Shown here: positions 36,761 through 47,474 of the stretch, piece after piece
Layout of the letters: every line of letters begins with the position of its first letter
Position numbering within the stretch: position 1 is the first letter of the stretch
Source of the DNA: Azolla caroliniana
Taxonomy: Eukaryota > Plantae > Polypodiophyta
Assembly: GCA_043228905.1 (NCBI GenBank)
Contig: JBHGNT010000006.1
Location: 2,294,001 to 2,358,000 of the forward strand
Direction of reading: 5' to 3'
Length of the DNA: 64,000 bases
Program-made: the position numbers and the translations under genes
Notes under the pieces: model-generated
The model's database searches: none
Seen by the model: the letters and a program-made list of their open reading frames with translations, nothing else
Told to the model about the DNA's origin: nothing

Positions 36761-38046
36761 CACTTATAATGAATTCGAGTTTTGTTAATTTTTATTAATG
36801 GTCTCTACAATGGATGTTTTCTTATAAGATTGGTTCCATTACACTAATTCTTTCTCGTTATTTTGATTTAGTCCTAGTTGTGAAGTTTGATAGTAAAGAA
36901 TTCTATTGGCTCTTGATAGATGAATTACAATCGAAACAATAGTCAAATATATAATAAGATCCTTCGGTTACACATTTCATGATTTTTTTCCCCACATAAA
37001 GCTCTCGTGCTTAAAAATACACTAGGCCCTATGGATGAATATAGTAGGTCCAATGTATATTATATTGATGATGATAATGTATTCTCTGGATCCCATATCA
37101 TGACCAAAGGAACTTAATGAAGAAAAACACGCATTAATAGGATTATACTTTGATGAAGCAAAGGGAGAGTCTTTGTCACTCATATGTGATTCACAAGTGA
37201 TTGTCGTCAAGATCTATGTGATTTGATGTGAGAGAGGGATGTTATTATCATCATTGAAGGTCAATGTTGACATGTCAAACCAAATGTGTGTGGATTTGAT
37301 GAGTGGTTTTCTAATATTCAAGGACTTCAACAAATTCGAATGTTGTAATTAAGATTGTATCTTTAGGAGAGAGAAGTGTGTGTAGGATCAAGCCGAGGAT
37401 AGAAAAGTATATAAAGCAAAGGCTCAAATGTGATCAAAAGTGGAGCATCATGTCATACTTGGAACTCCAATCTTTGAGTTCTTCACTGGTGCCCCAATGC
37501 TCATTTCTCATAGCAAAGAATGTGAGCTAAGTCATAGGAAAACAATGTTGTAGGTAGCGGACATAGAGAGAAATGTAATTGAAAATGTTTCCAAACTAGA
37601 GGTGCATTTCGTGTGCCTAATTGTGCTCATTCTAATCAAATCCTCTCTAAAAATAACAAAGTATATAGGGATTCACTATTTGCACCTAGATGCAAGGAAA
37701 AAAAGACAAATTTCGTTTTTTCCCCATAGATGAAAAGTTTTCAGAACATTACAATTTCTCAACATTTTGACTTGAATATATTATTATTTTACCAAAGTTG
37801 CTCTCCAAGTACCTTGTGTGAAGATTAATCTTCTAAGTTTGTTACTCGTTGACTAGGTTAAGTGAATCATTGCACATGCATAAAGGCTATGTAACCATTA
37901 TTCAAGATCATTGTGCTACACAATAGTTTAATGCTATCAACCATTTCATGCAACAATAGAATGTGTAAGTTGTTGGGATGGGCATGCAAATTCCAACAAA
38001 AGACACTGATCACTTAATAAAATCAAGAAGAATTAAGGGGTGAGAA

Positions 38047-38190
<144 letters not shown>

Positions 38191-38197
38191 TGCCCAG

Positions 38198-38270
38198 ATG
38201 GATGTAGCTCAATTGGTAAGGTTGCCCAATGGAGACCAGGTGGTCATGGGTTCAACCCCTACATTTCACA
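38198..38270 (+). mobile_element. tRNA-derived element (SINE head or tRNA pseudogene)
   Basis: Pol III A-box-like TAGCTCAATTGGT (about 38205) and B-box-like GGGTTCAACCCC (about 38248) with tRNA-like spacing. No clean acceptor or anticodon stems. Confidence 0.6.
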
Positions 38271-38311
38271 GTGGCATCTAGTGAAATAGAGATATGAAGT
38301 ATATAATAGAG

Positions 38312-38388
38312 AGGTGAGGAAATTGGGTTTCGAACCCAAGACACAGTGCTTGTAGTGTTATCGACTTACCAATAGGGTAAGCTAATTA
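38312..38388 (-). mobile_element. Second tRNA-derived element, opposite orientation
   Basis: The minus strand reads ...ttaccctattggtaag...cttGGGTTCGAAACCCaa, i.e. a degenerate A box and a good T-loop/B box with its stem (ttggg/cccaa). Confidence 0.5.
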
Positions 38389-39449
38389 CGATAAAAGAGA
38401 GAGGCATTTACTTTCAAAGAAATTTTAAAAAATGGAATCTTTATGTTCATAAGCAATTTGGTTATTCGGACTTGTCTTATTGATAACATGTGTTACATCC
38501 ACAATGTTTCCAACAACCAACCTCTTGATGTATCTCCTCGTAATGTTCTAATTGTTCTCTTATTCCTTAGCTTTAATATCTTGGGTTCATATATTATGCC
38601 TTGTTGTGTATTTACTCCATTTATAATGAGCGTTCCTTTAAATTTTGAATGTTAACTTAATTTATGCGCAATTTGGTGTGCTTTTGCTCCCAAATTGAAT
38701 AATGAATTTCAATTACATTTGTTATGAACTTACATTAACCTCAAGTAGGTTTAGACTCTAGAGGGATTAAAGATAAATCTCAAGTTCTTTATGTATTTGA
38801 TTCATGAGTCTTTAAGTATGGACTTGTATAAGCTAAGCCAAATTTTTCATCAATGCACACACACACACACACAACATAATACATATAACGAGAAAGAAAT
38901 CAAATTTGAAAGAGAATCATGACACTAAGACATGATTGCTTGGTAGGTGAAATGTTGTTATTATGTGCACACAAGTATGCCTTTGACTAGTAGTGGCATT
39001 GTCACTACTACATATATTGGACAAGAAACTTAATTTTTAAATGATAAATATACCTATTAACTTTGAGCCCCATATAATATTTAAGTCCAAATGTGTGGAT
39101 AAATGAATTGTGTAAATGAATGTGAATGCTTATCTAGAATCTTTCAAAGGAAGGATGGAATGTGTTATTTAAGAGTCTAGAATAGAACGAGTCCATATTT
39201 TTGGATATTTCACAAAGTACGAGCAATGCCTTCATTATTCCTCGTGCTTCTTTTAGTTGCATTGTCTATGAGAGAATCTTTGCTTAAATACGCCAATGGA
39301 TTAAAACCCATGAAAATGAAAGATGCAAGTAGAACAATATGTTTCATGCTCATGAACATATCATCCTTATTACCTCACTATGTGAGGAAGAATATGGAAA
39401 TCTTTCACCATCCATGAAATCCAATACAATGCCAAACCCGAATGCATGT

Positions 39450-40420
39450 GCCCATGATGTGGCAATTCATGTAGGGGCCACCCTAGCTATAAGTAGAGTC
39501 CCATGGCAATAAGTAATCCCTAGCACACATGCTTGTCCAACATATTCCCATGCAACATGAATAATCATGTCATCTATTGTAAATACAAACTACTTTGGTC
39601 ATATTATGATACAAATTTCTAAAGCTAGGAAGAGTCTATTGGAAGAAAATGACTTTTTTGCAAATACATTGTACTTCCAAAGAAATCAACCAAATATTAC
39701 TCATACCATAAACTTTTCATAGCAATAGCCAAATTTGGGAGGTTTGCATCTAAACAAAATTGCTAGAACTTGACGGTTTATAATGCCATGGCTTCTACTC
39801 ACGACACTTGACATTTGCATATAGAAGGACAAGCCAAAGACCCCTTAGAATGGATCCAAGAAACAAGTTGAAACATCTCTCCCTTTCTCTATACACATAC
39901 AAAATTTATCATTAGCCAAAATACACCTAAACTCTTGTAGACATCCTTAAGAGGTTTATATGGATGCTTACACCAAGTTCTTACATTTGGAGTGGAAATT
40001 TAATGCTTACATTTGATAGAAGAGACAAACATTTTGGCCCTGTTAATTATGTATGAGGGGGCCTAGAGAGCATGTTTGCCAGTGCTCACATCTAATTGTT
40101 TGTTGGCACTTAATGTATGTTGGTTTTAGCAATGGGCACAACACTTGGCATGCTAGGCAAGTGGTTCCTAAACCCATCATTTCAATGTCATATCTCCATA
40201 TGTTGTTGGGAGGTAGCTTCTTCATAGTGATGTACGTTGTATTCATATGAGCCAACCAATACTTTCTAGGAAGTTGGCTAACAAGACTTCCATTGTATAA
40301 ATTCATTTGGTCCCATATCTTATCCTTGTAATCCCTACAAAGTGAAAATTGTTCCATACATAAGGACGTTGCAAGTGTTTGTGTATATATTGTGATGATT
40401 AGGTTCATCATTGTACTATG
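39450..40420 (-). mobile_element. Possible highly decayed LINE remnant
   Basis: Minus-strand fragments with Trp- and Cys-rich patches (KIWD, KYWLAH, CLACQV, CEHW) loosely recall LINE ORF2 C-termini. There are many stops and no diagnostic motif. Confidence 0.25.
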
Positions 40421-41279
40421 TTAGGAGAGGTGTGTCATCATTGATGAATTCAATGTATAGGACTAGGGTGTTTGTCTTGAAGAAGGAAAGTTGTCCCTAT
40501 ATTTTGTGACCAAGATGCCATCCTTTCAATTTTCCTCCATGACCTAGATGAATTGGTAGTGCTCATCTCGTTATTTTTAGAAATGTATGCTACAATCATT
40601 CCTACTTCTTCGGATGGCATAGTTCATGTGGTTGCAAAAGTGATGTTTGAGGGTGTTATTCTTATTCATTGCAAAGGAAAAATGGTCTTCTGCCTTGGTC
40701 GTGTCATTAAACTAGCTTGGATAGGATGGTGCAACATAGTTGTTTTCAGTGACAAGGTTGTGTGTGTATGCGTGTTAAATGTGCATGTATGAATACACAC
40801 GATGCTTCTCGGGTCTTGAATTAACCCAAGGAAACACAAACACTTGATTGCTAAGTTCAAAGGTTCGGCAACAACTTGGATTGTTCTCGGTTGCAATGAA
40901 TGATGCTTAGAAGTTGGTTTTCACGGCCTTCCCAAATGTAGAGACATGATCTTAGTGTAAAATCAAAAGAGAAAGAAAGTACGCAGAAGACACACACATG
41001 GATGGCATTCTAACCGAAGAGAAGTTGACATAGTTTTATTAAGTATCTTCTTTGCATGAAAAGAGAGAGTTAAATAAAAAGAAATTGCCTATTCAAGATT
41101 AGAGGGAGTCCTTTGCTCTCTTTTGTTGACTACGTCTTAGATAAAAAGGGCATAAATCCATCTATATAAACCTTTTTGCCATCACACAACACAATAACAC
41201 TGCATTTCTTCCTTCCTTCCTTCATTAACCTACTGAGCTAACAGATTCAATATATTGGTTATTTTTTGTAACCCTAGAG

Positions 41280-42761
41280 ATGAGACCACCCAAGCTAGCC
41301 AAGCTATTGTCATCTATTATCGTCTTCTTTCTCGTTTTCGTAGGCGGTTTCGGCATAACTGGATTCGTCGATGCCGGTATCGCTGGCTATAAACCCGAAT
41401 TCTCATCGGCCCGAACTTTGTTAGGGTACGATGCATCTCCTCCTCCACCTCCACCACCACCACCACCGCCACCACCGATCGATAATGAAGATGGCTTCCT
41501 CAATCCATGCTTAGAGGATGCATATAAGGGCTTACAAGCATGGAAGCATGCGATTGTCGATGACCCCAAGAACATTACTGGCGATTGGGTCGGTTGCGAT
41601 GTGTGCAACTACAAGGGCGTGTTTTGCTCCCCTCCGCCTTCGGATTTCGATTCCAACATTTGTAGCCTGGTCGTTGCGGGCATAGATCTCAATAAGGCCA
41701 ACATTAGTGGCCAGTTGGTGGAGGAGCTCTCATTCCTCAATTTCTTGGCCATTTTCCACATCAATACGAATCGGTTTCAGGGGACCATTCCGAACTCGAT
41801 CTCTTGCTGGAGATACGTGTACGAGTTCGACGTGAGCAACAACTTGCTTAGCGGCTCCTTCCCGCTCGTGACACTCGAGCTTCCGAAGCTCCTCTATTTA
41901 GACGTCCGATTCAATCGATTCTCGGGCACCTTGCCCAAAGAGCTCTTCACGAAGAAGCTCGACGCGCTCTTCGTGAATAGCAACGATTTCCATGAGGAGA
42001 TCCCTGACACTCTCGGGAACTCGCCCGTCTCGGTGGTCGTCTTTGCCAACAATAACTTCACGGGCAGCCTTCCGGAATCGGTCAAGAACATGTCGAACAC
42101 CTTGAATGAGATCATTTTTCTCAACAATCAAATCACGGGGTGCGTGCCGCAAGGATTCGGGGTTCTAACGAAGCTCACGGTGCTAGACATAAGCTTCAAT
42201 GGGCTAAGTGGGGAGATACCCTCCTCCATAGCTTCTTTGAAGGATTTGGAGCAGCTGGATGTGTCCCACAACAAGTTCACCGGGATAATACCCCAAGACA
42301 TATGCTCATTGCCCAACCTCCTCAATTTCACGGCGTCGTACAACTACTTCTTCGGGGAGTCTTCGAGCTGCTTGGCGCTCGAGTCGGACGGGAACGACAC
42401 CACGGTGTTCGACGACACCCAGAATTGTATAGTCGGGCGGCCGGATCAAAGGTCGGTCGGGGAGTGTAACGCATTTTACAAGGAGAATCAGGAGTGCCCG
42501 GCACCGAAGCCGCCCCCACCGCCTCCTCCTCCTTCTCCTCCTCCACCTTCTCCTCCTCCACCTTCTCCTCCTCCTCCTTCCCCGCCACCGCCATCGCCAC
42601 CGCCACCGTGTCCCCCGCCCCCGCCCCCACCCCCACCCCCGTGTCCCCCCCCTCCACCCCACCATCACCATGAGAGCCCCCCACCCCCACCCCATTATTA
42701 TGATGAGAGTCCACCATCTCACCACCAAGACCATGATAATGCTCCCCCTCCACAATCCTAA
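41280..42761 (+). CDS. LRX: Leucine-rich repeat extensin-like cell-wall protein (LRX/PEX family), intronless, 493 aa
   Basis: Hydrophobic signal peptide; LRX N-cap AYKGLQAWKHAIVDDP...WVGCDVCNYKGVFC; VVAGIDLN; FHINTNRFQG; LDVRFNRFSG; about 10 plant LRRs; Cys-rich NCIVGRPDQRS..EC; C-terminal (SPPPP)n extensin repeats with His/Tyr. TATA box ctatataaa at about 41162. Confidence 0.93.
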   Translation: MRPPKLAKLLSSIIVFFLVFVGGFGITGFVDAGIAGYKPEFSSARTLLGYDASPPPPPPPPPPPPPIDNEDGFLNPCLEDAYKGLQAWKHAIVDDPKNITGDWVGCDVCNYKGVFCSPPPSDFDSNICSLVVAGIDLNKANISGQLVEELSFLNFLAIFHINTNRFQGTIPNSISCWRYVYEFDVSNNLLSGSFPLVTLELPKLLYLDVRFNRFSGTLPKELFTKKLDALFVNSNDFHEEIPDTLGNSPVSVVVFANNNFTGSLPESVKNMSNTLNEIIFLNNQITGCVPQGFGVLTKLTVLDISFNGLSGEIPSSIASLKDLEQLDVSHNKFTGIIPQDICSLPNLLNFTASYNYFFGESSSCLALESDGNDTTVFDDTQNCIVGRPDQRSVGECNAFYKENQECPAPKPPPPPPPPSPPPPSPPPPSPPPPSPPPPSPPPPCPPPPPPPPPPCPPPPPHHHHESPPPPPHYYDESPPSHHQDHDNAPPPQS

Positions 42762-43271
42762 ATTACCTGAATGCCCCCCCCCCCCCCCCCCCACCATCCC
42801 ATCCCAAACCTGGTATTTTAATCAAATTACAATAATGCCCCTACATATTATCACTGTATGTTGTTTATTACTATTATTCAATAAATGATAATAATAATAA
42901 TACTAATAATACTAAGGAAGGAGCTACATCCCACTCCACCTCCCCCCCTTTTCAAAAAAAAAAAATCCAAAACACTAATTTTTCTCTTACATGCTTCAAA
43001 ACTTTCTCTGTAAAATATTGGTTTGTTATTGTAAAGCTTACGCCCACCTTTCTTTCTTCTCCCTTTGTACAATTCCAATTTTCTAAAGTGTTTTGGTTTT
43101 GGAATAAGAAATTGAGAGATCTTTTGCTCCTCCATACATACAAGAAATTGAGAGATCGATCCATTGGGTTTTTTGTTATATAACACATTTGTAGTCTGGC
43201 TCCTTTTGGATCACAAATCTTGTAGTTTTTGGGATCAATTCATTTGGTTAACTCACTCGCACTCTTCATTC

Positions 43272-43380
43272 ATTTGTTTGATTAACACCATTGGTAGTTG
43301 TTTGATTAACACCATTAGTATTGTTTGATTAACATCATTATTAGTATTTGTTTGATAACACCATTAGTAGTTGTTAGTCT
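43272..43380. repeat. Minisatellite of about 24 bp (ttgtttgattaacaccattagtag), about 4 copies
   Basis: Read directly from the sequence. Confidence 0.8.
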
Positions 43381-43648
43381 AATCGTTTGGTCAATACCAC
43401 AACACACTTGGTAGTAGTTTTTGGTTTAATCATTTGATGAACATGCCAATGTAAATGTCGAGTTGAATCTTTTGGTTTTAAACACACGCGTAACCTTGCA
43501 TAAGATGAATTGCTCCATTCAATTAGCCTTTCATAGAAAGATTGAACATCAAAATTTGCGTCTTATCATATGAAACTTGAGGAATCTCATTTTAATACGT
43601 GTGATTAATGAAATACACTAATATTTGATGGTTTCTTAGAAGAAGCCG

Positions 43649-43786
43649 TCTAATGCTATGAAATTACATATGAACATACAAGGAGAAGTTGCTCTTATGA
43701 AATGTTTTGGGCATTTTCTAATGCTATGAAATTACATATGAACATACAAGGAGAAGTTGCTCTTATGAAATGTTTTGGGCATTTTC
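43649..43786. repeat. Perfect two-copy tandem duplication of about 68 bp
   Basis: tctaatgctatgaaattacatatgaacatacaaggagaagttgctcttatgaaatgttttgggcattt occurs at 43649 and 43717. Confidence 0.92.
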
Positions 43787-44134
43787 TTGGGTGCTTTCGA
43801 GGTGGCTTCCTCTTATCTTTCCCATAAGGATATACTTTAGTTGCATTATATGAAATGAAGGGATGTGACTCCCCTTACCTTTCCCATAGGGATACTTTAG
43901 TTGAATTAATATGAAAAGAAGGGATTCACGTGAGTGTTGTATAGGGGAATTTCATTGTTCGTATTGTTCATGGTTTCCCGTAGTGTGTTGTTTGGCGCAA
44001 TGCTAAAATGAATGCCACCTACCTTGCTTCACTCTAACATTGGAATGTTAATGAAGCCCATTTACATTGGATGCACAATGAATGTTTATTGTCCATATGT
44101 TACTATAATCCATTTACATTCGATGCACAAGGAA

Positions 44135-44490
44135 TGTTTGGAACATACACATGAGTGCGGAAAATATGCATTAACTAGCACACAATGCTTAGGTTTTCAT
44201 CCAGCATTTTTGGAACATACACATGAGTGCGGAAAACATGCATTTACTAGCACGTAATGCTTAGGTTTGAATCCAACATGCTTTTACTAGCACACAATGC
44301 TAATATTTGGAACCAACATGCTCTTACTAGCACACAATGCTAATATTTGGAACCAACATGCTTTTACTAGCAACACACAATGCTTATATTTGGATCCAAC
44401 ATGCTTTTACTAGCAGCACACAATGCTTATATTTGGATCCAACATGCTTTTACTAGCGCATAATGTAAATGTTTGGAGCCAACGTGCTAT
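44135..44490. repeat. Minisatellite of about 40 bp (tactagcacacaatgctaatatttggaaccaacatgctt), about 7 copies
   Basis: Repeated actagcac...aatgct...tttgga.ccaacatgc units. Confidence 0.85.
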
Positions 44491-44624
44491 CATAGTATTG
44501 GCTTGCCCTAACATTCCTCGCCTCCTTCAACCTTTGCTTATGTATGGATTTTAAGGTCAAGGATTGTCTTTGTGTAGGAGACCAAGAACTCTTGGGATTT
44601 CCTATGATTTGGTGAGACACATAT

Positions 44625-45350
44625 CTAATGTTGTTGCTATGGGATGAACTTTATGTCTAAATTATTGTCACAGCTCAACCAATAATTATTTCAGAATTAC
44701 AAATACGTCGTACATATCAAGACAATTATGATCATCTCAAATGTTGTTGCTATGGGACGAACTTTAGGTCTTCTTAACTATGGACAAGCCGTAATTATCT
44801 CATAATTACATTAAGACATCTTCATATTAGCATGATTATTATCATCGTAAATGTTGTTGCTATGGGACAAACTTTAGGTCTTCTTGACTATGGACAACCC
44901 ATAATTATCTCATAATTGAATTAAGGCGTCTTATACAACATGTATGACACTCTTAAAGGAAAAAACTAGAAATGTGGTCCTTTGAACATTTGACATGGGT
45001 AAAAGTCATCCCTATGAAACTTCTATCCTATCATTGTAAAATTGTAGAGCATGTCAAGAGACTTAAACAAATTTATTCTACATTGATGCTCATTCTTATG
45101 AAAATTTTATCCTATCATCATAAAGTTGTATATGGCATGTCAAAGTCAAGACCCGAGAGAGTTCAATAAACTTATTTTACATTATAGTCACTCCTATCAT
45201 CATAAGGTTGTATATGGCAAGTCATGAGACTTCAATAAACATATTCTTCAGTGAAGTCATAAAACCTCATCCTTAACGAAAATTTTATCCCACCATCATA
45301 AAGTTGTATACAGCATATCAAGAGACTTCAACAAATGTATTCTATCTTAT
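44625..45350. repeat. Two further imperfect tandem arrays (a unit of about 110 bp x3 and a unit of about 85-100 bp x4)
   Basis: aatgttgttgctatggga...actttaggtc occurs near 44627, 44740 and 44850. cctatcatcataaagttgtata.ggcat.tcaagagactt occurs near 45025, 45110, 45192 and 45288. Confidence 0.75.
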
Positions 45351-46256
45351 AGTAATCTACCCTCATTTTTGCCTCAACTATTTCAAGATTCTCTTTGGCA
45401 TGGAGCAATACTTGGAATGATAAGCTCCTTGTCATGACCAACATTATAAAGAGAAAATGATAACATTGATGTGATTTTGCAAAAACAAGTTATGGTTGGC
45501 ATAGTTGCTTTATTCATCAAAGTTCATAATTGAATTCCTTTTCACACAACAAAGAGCAACACTTGAGTCACTAAAATAAATGGGATTTAACATAAATAAA
45601 TTTGTATCATTTACATTATCAACATGTATAAACTAACCATGCATAAAATGTACACTAGATCATACAAAAGATTTTTCACAAATTGGCACGGGCATTTCCA
45701 TCAAATCATCTTGATCAAAGTTAAGGCCAACAATACGCTTTCTTAATACACTCATCAATATTCCCCACACCAAGTGAAAACGTTATTAAAATGTTGGTTT
45801 TAGCAAAGCTCCATGGGATATCAGGCCCATCCTATGTGCATATGTTTGTTTGTATGTAGTGTTCAAAAGCGTGAACACACTATCCTCGAGCGTGTGTATT
45901 TGTGGATATATTCGAAGAAGAGTACATGAGATCCGGACGGAATGACTTCCATACAAGTCCTAAGAGATGATAACCCAAAGGTTCTTAAGGATCCGCTGCA
46001 TGGGTCTACTCGTTTGCGCTTTCCGATGTAGAACACTCGAATCTTCTTGTGTTCGAGCACACAGGGTGCTCACACGTTCTAAGCTTTCCGGTTGGAGATT
46101 ACTATAAAGAGCACAAAAGAGGCGACAAGGGACAAACAAAAGTTCTATCAAGTGACCTAGCTTGTGAAGCAGAATGTTCTTTTCTTCTTCTTTTTTACCG
46201 AACACACACACACATGAGTAGTTCTAATTATGGGGCTTATGGCCTCGACGGCCGGC

Positions 46257-47474
46257 CTAGGTAGAATTACGCTTACCGATATTATTTAGGGAACGGATGG
46301 CTCGGGCGAGATATTTGTTCACGGACTTGGGAATGCCTTCGGGTTTATGTAGCCGATTCACACTTGGAGCTGATTTGGTGGGTGGGCACAAACCTTCCAT
46401 GCCATGGAAATTCGAAGGCGACATCGGCATGGATGAGGCCGAGGCCGGGCCGCACAAAGAGGCGGGCGCCGACGATGCCCTATGTTGTTGGCCGAGGTGA
46501 AGTAGGAGGGCGTCCGCCTTGCGTTTGGCACGGGGGGAGGCCGTGTTCGAGGCAGCGAGGCGGACGGCGGAAACCACAGCGGAATCGCCTTCGGCCAACA
46601 AGGCCGCCACAGCGGGCGACCCTCCGCTCTCACAGAGCTCCAGCAACATAGCCGCCGCATTCTCGGCAGTGCGCGGGGGCATGGACGAGACATGCTGGTC
46701 CATGGCCCGGAAAGCCAGCGGGAGGGCCGTCGGATTCTGGACTATCGCATCCACGGCCCTCGGATCGCCCCGCGCTATCGCGGCCAGCAGCCCGAAGCAC
46801 TCCTCGGCCAGCCTCGGCTTCCCATAAGCCACCAATTTCAGCAACAGGGAGATCACCCCTTCACTCAAAAGCTCCTCTTTCAACAAACCCCCCTCCTCGG
46901 ACCTAGACGCATTGGCTTTAGTTATGGCTTGGAACAAGGCATGGAGCGCATCGCCTTTCGCTCTCGCGCCGCCCTCTTTGAGCAATTTCACCAAGGATTT
47001 CGCAAACCCGGGGTACGCGGTCACCATGGCCGCGGTCGCCCCACCAAGGCTACTGTCCTCCATCAAGCTTTGTAAGACGGTCGCGGCGCAACCCCGGGCC
47101 TCGTTGCCCAGCCCGTCGCACCCGACCGCCCAGATGATCGAATCGAGGGCTCCGGGGGTGCGGACGATGGCCAATTTGTTGGGAGGATGGAGGGAGAGGT
47201 TAAGGAGCGCGATGATTGCCTTCTCGGAGAGCACCAGGAAACAATCATTTGTGTTGGTACCAGAATTGGTGTGGTGGTCATTTTGATTGCCATTCTTGGC
47301 ATGGATCAGTTGCACGAGGAGCGGGATCGCGCCCGCCTCCGCCAGGCTCATGCGATTCTGATCGTCCCATTTCGAGAAGAGCCGCATCTCAGCCACCGCC
47401 TCGAGCTGGGCTGATCCGCAACCATTGGCTAACTTTTGCACCAAAACCTGAGCAGCTCTTAGCTTTGGATCCAT
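46257..47474 (-). CDS. Intronless armadillo-repeat protein (PUB-like ARM domain without a U-box), 405 aa
   Basis: GC-rich single ORF with PUB-type ARM motifs: LVQKL..GS.AQLEAVAEMRLFSK...NRMSLAEAGAIPLLVQL, EKAIIALLNLSLHPPNKLAIV, LVKLLKEGGARAKGDALHALF, ENAAAMLLELC, SPRAKRKADALL. Confidence 0.88.
   Translation of the reverse strand: MDPKLRAAQVLVQKLANGCGSAQLEAVAEMRLFSKWDDQNRMSLAEAGAIPLLVQLIHAKNGNQNDHHTNSGTNTNDCFLVLSEKAIIALLNLSLHPPNKLAIVRTPGALDSIIWAVGCDGLGNEARGCAATVLQSLMEDSSLGGATAAMVTAYPGFAKSLVKLLKEGGARAKGDALHALFQAITKANASRSEEGGLLKEELLSEGVISLLLKLVAYGKPRLAEECFGLLAAIARGDPRAVDAIVQNPTALPLAFRAMDQHVSSMPPRTAENAAAMLLELCESGGSPAVAALLAEGDSAVVSAVRLAASNTASPRAKRKADALLLHLGQQHRASSAPASLCGPASASSMPMSPSNFHGMEGLCPPTKSAPSVNRLHKPEGIPKSVNKYLARAIRSLNNIGKRNST

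Noticed and set aside
38198-38388. Functional tRNA genes
   Set aside because: A and B boxes are present, but acceptor and anticodon stems could not be paired convincingly; treated as tRNA-derived relics.
42140-42888. Overlapping Arg/Gly/Glu-rich ORFs on both strands
   Set aside because: They are shadow frames of the GC-rich, Pro-coding LRX tail.
44135-44490. Regularly spaced repeats superficially like a CRISPR array
   Set aside because: The units are contiguous tandem copies with no unique spacers, there are no cas genes, and the context is eukaryotic.
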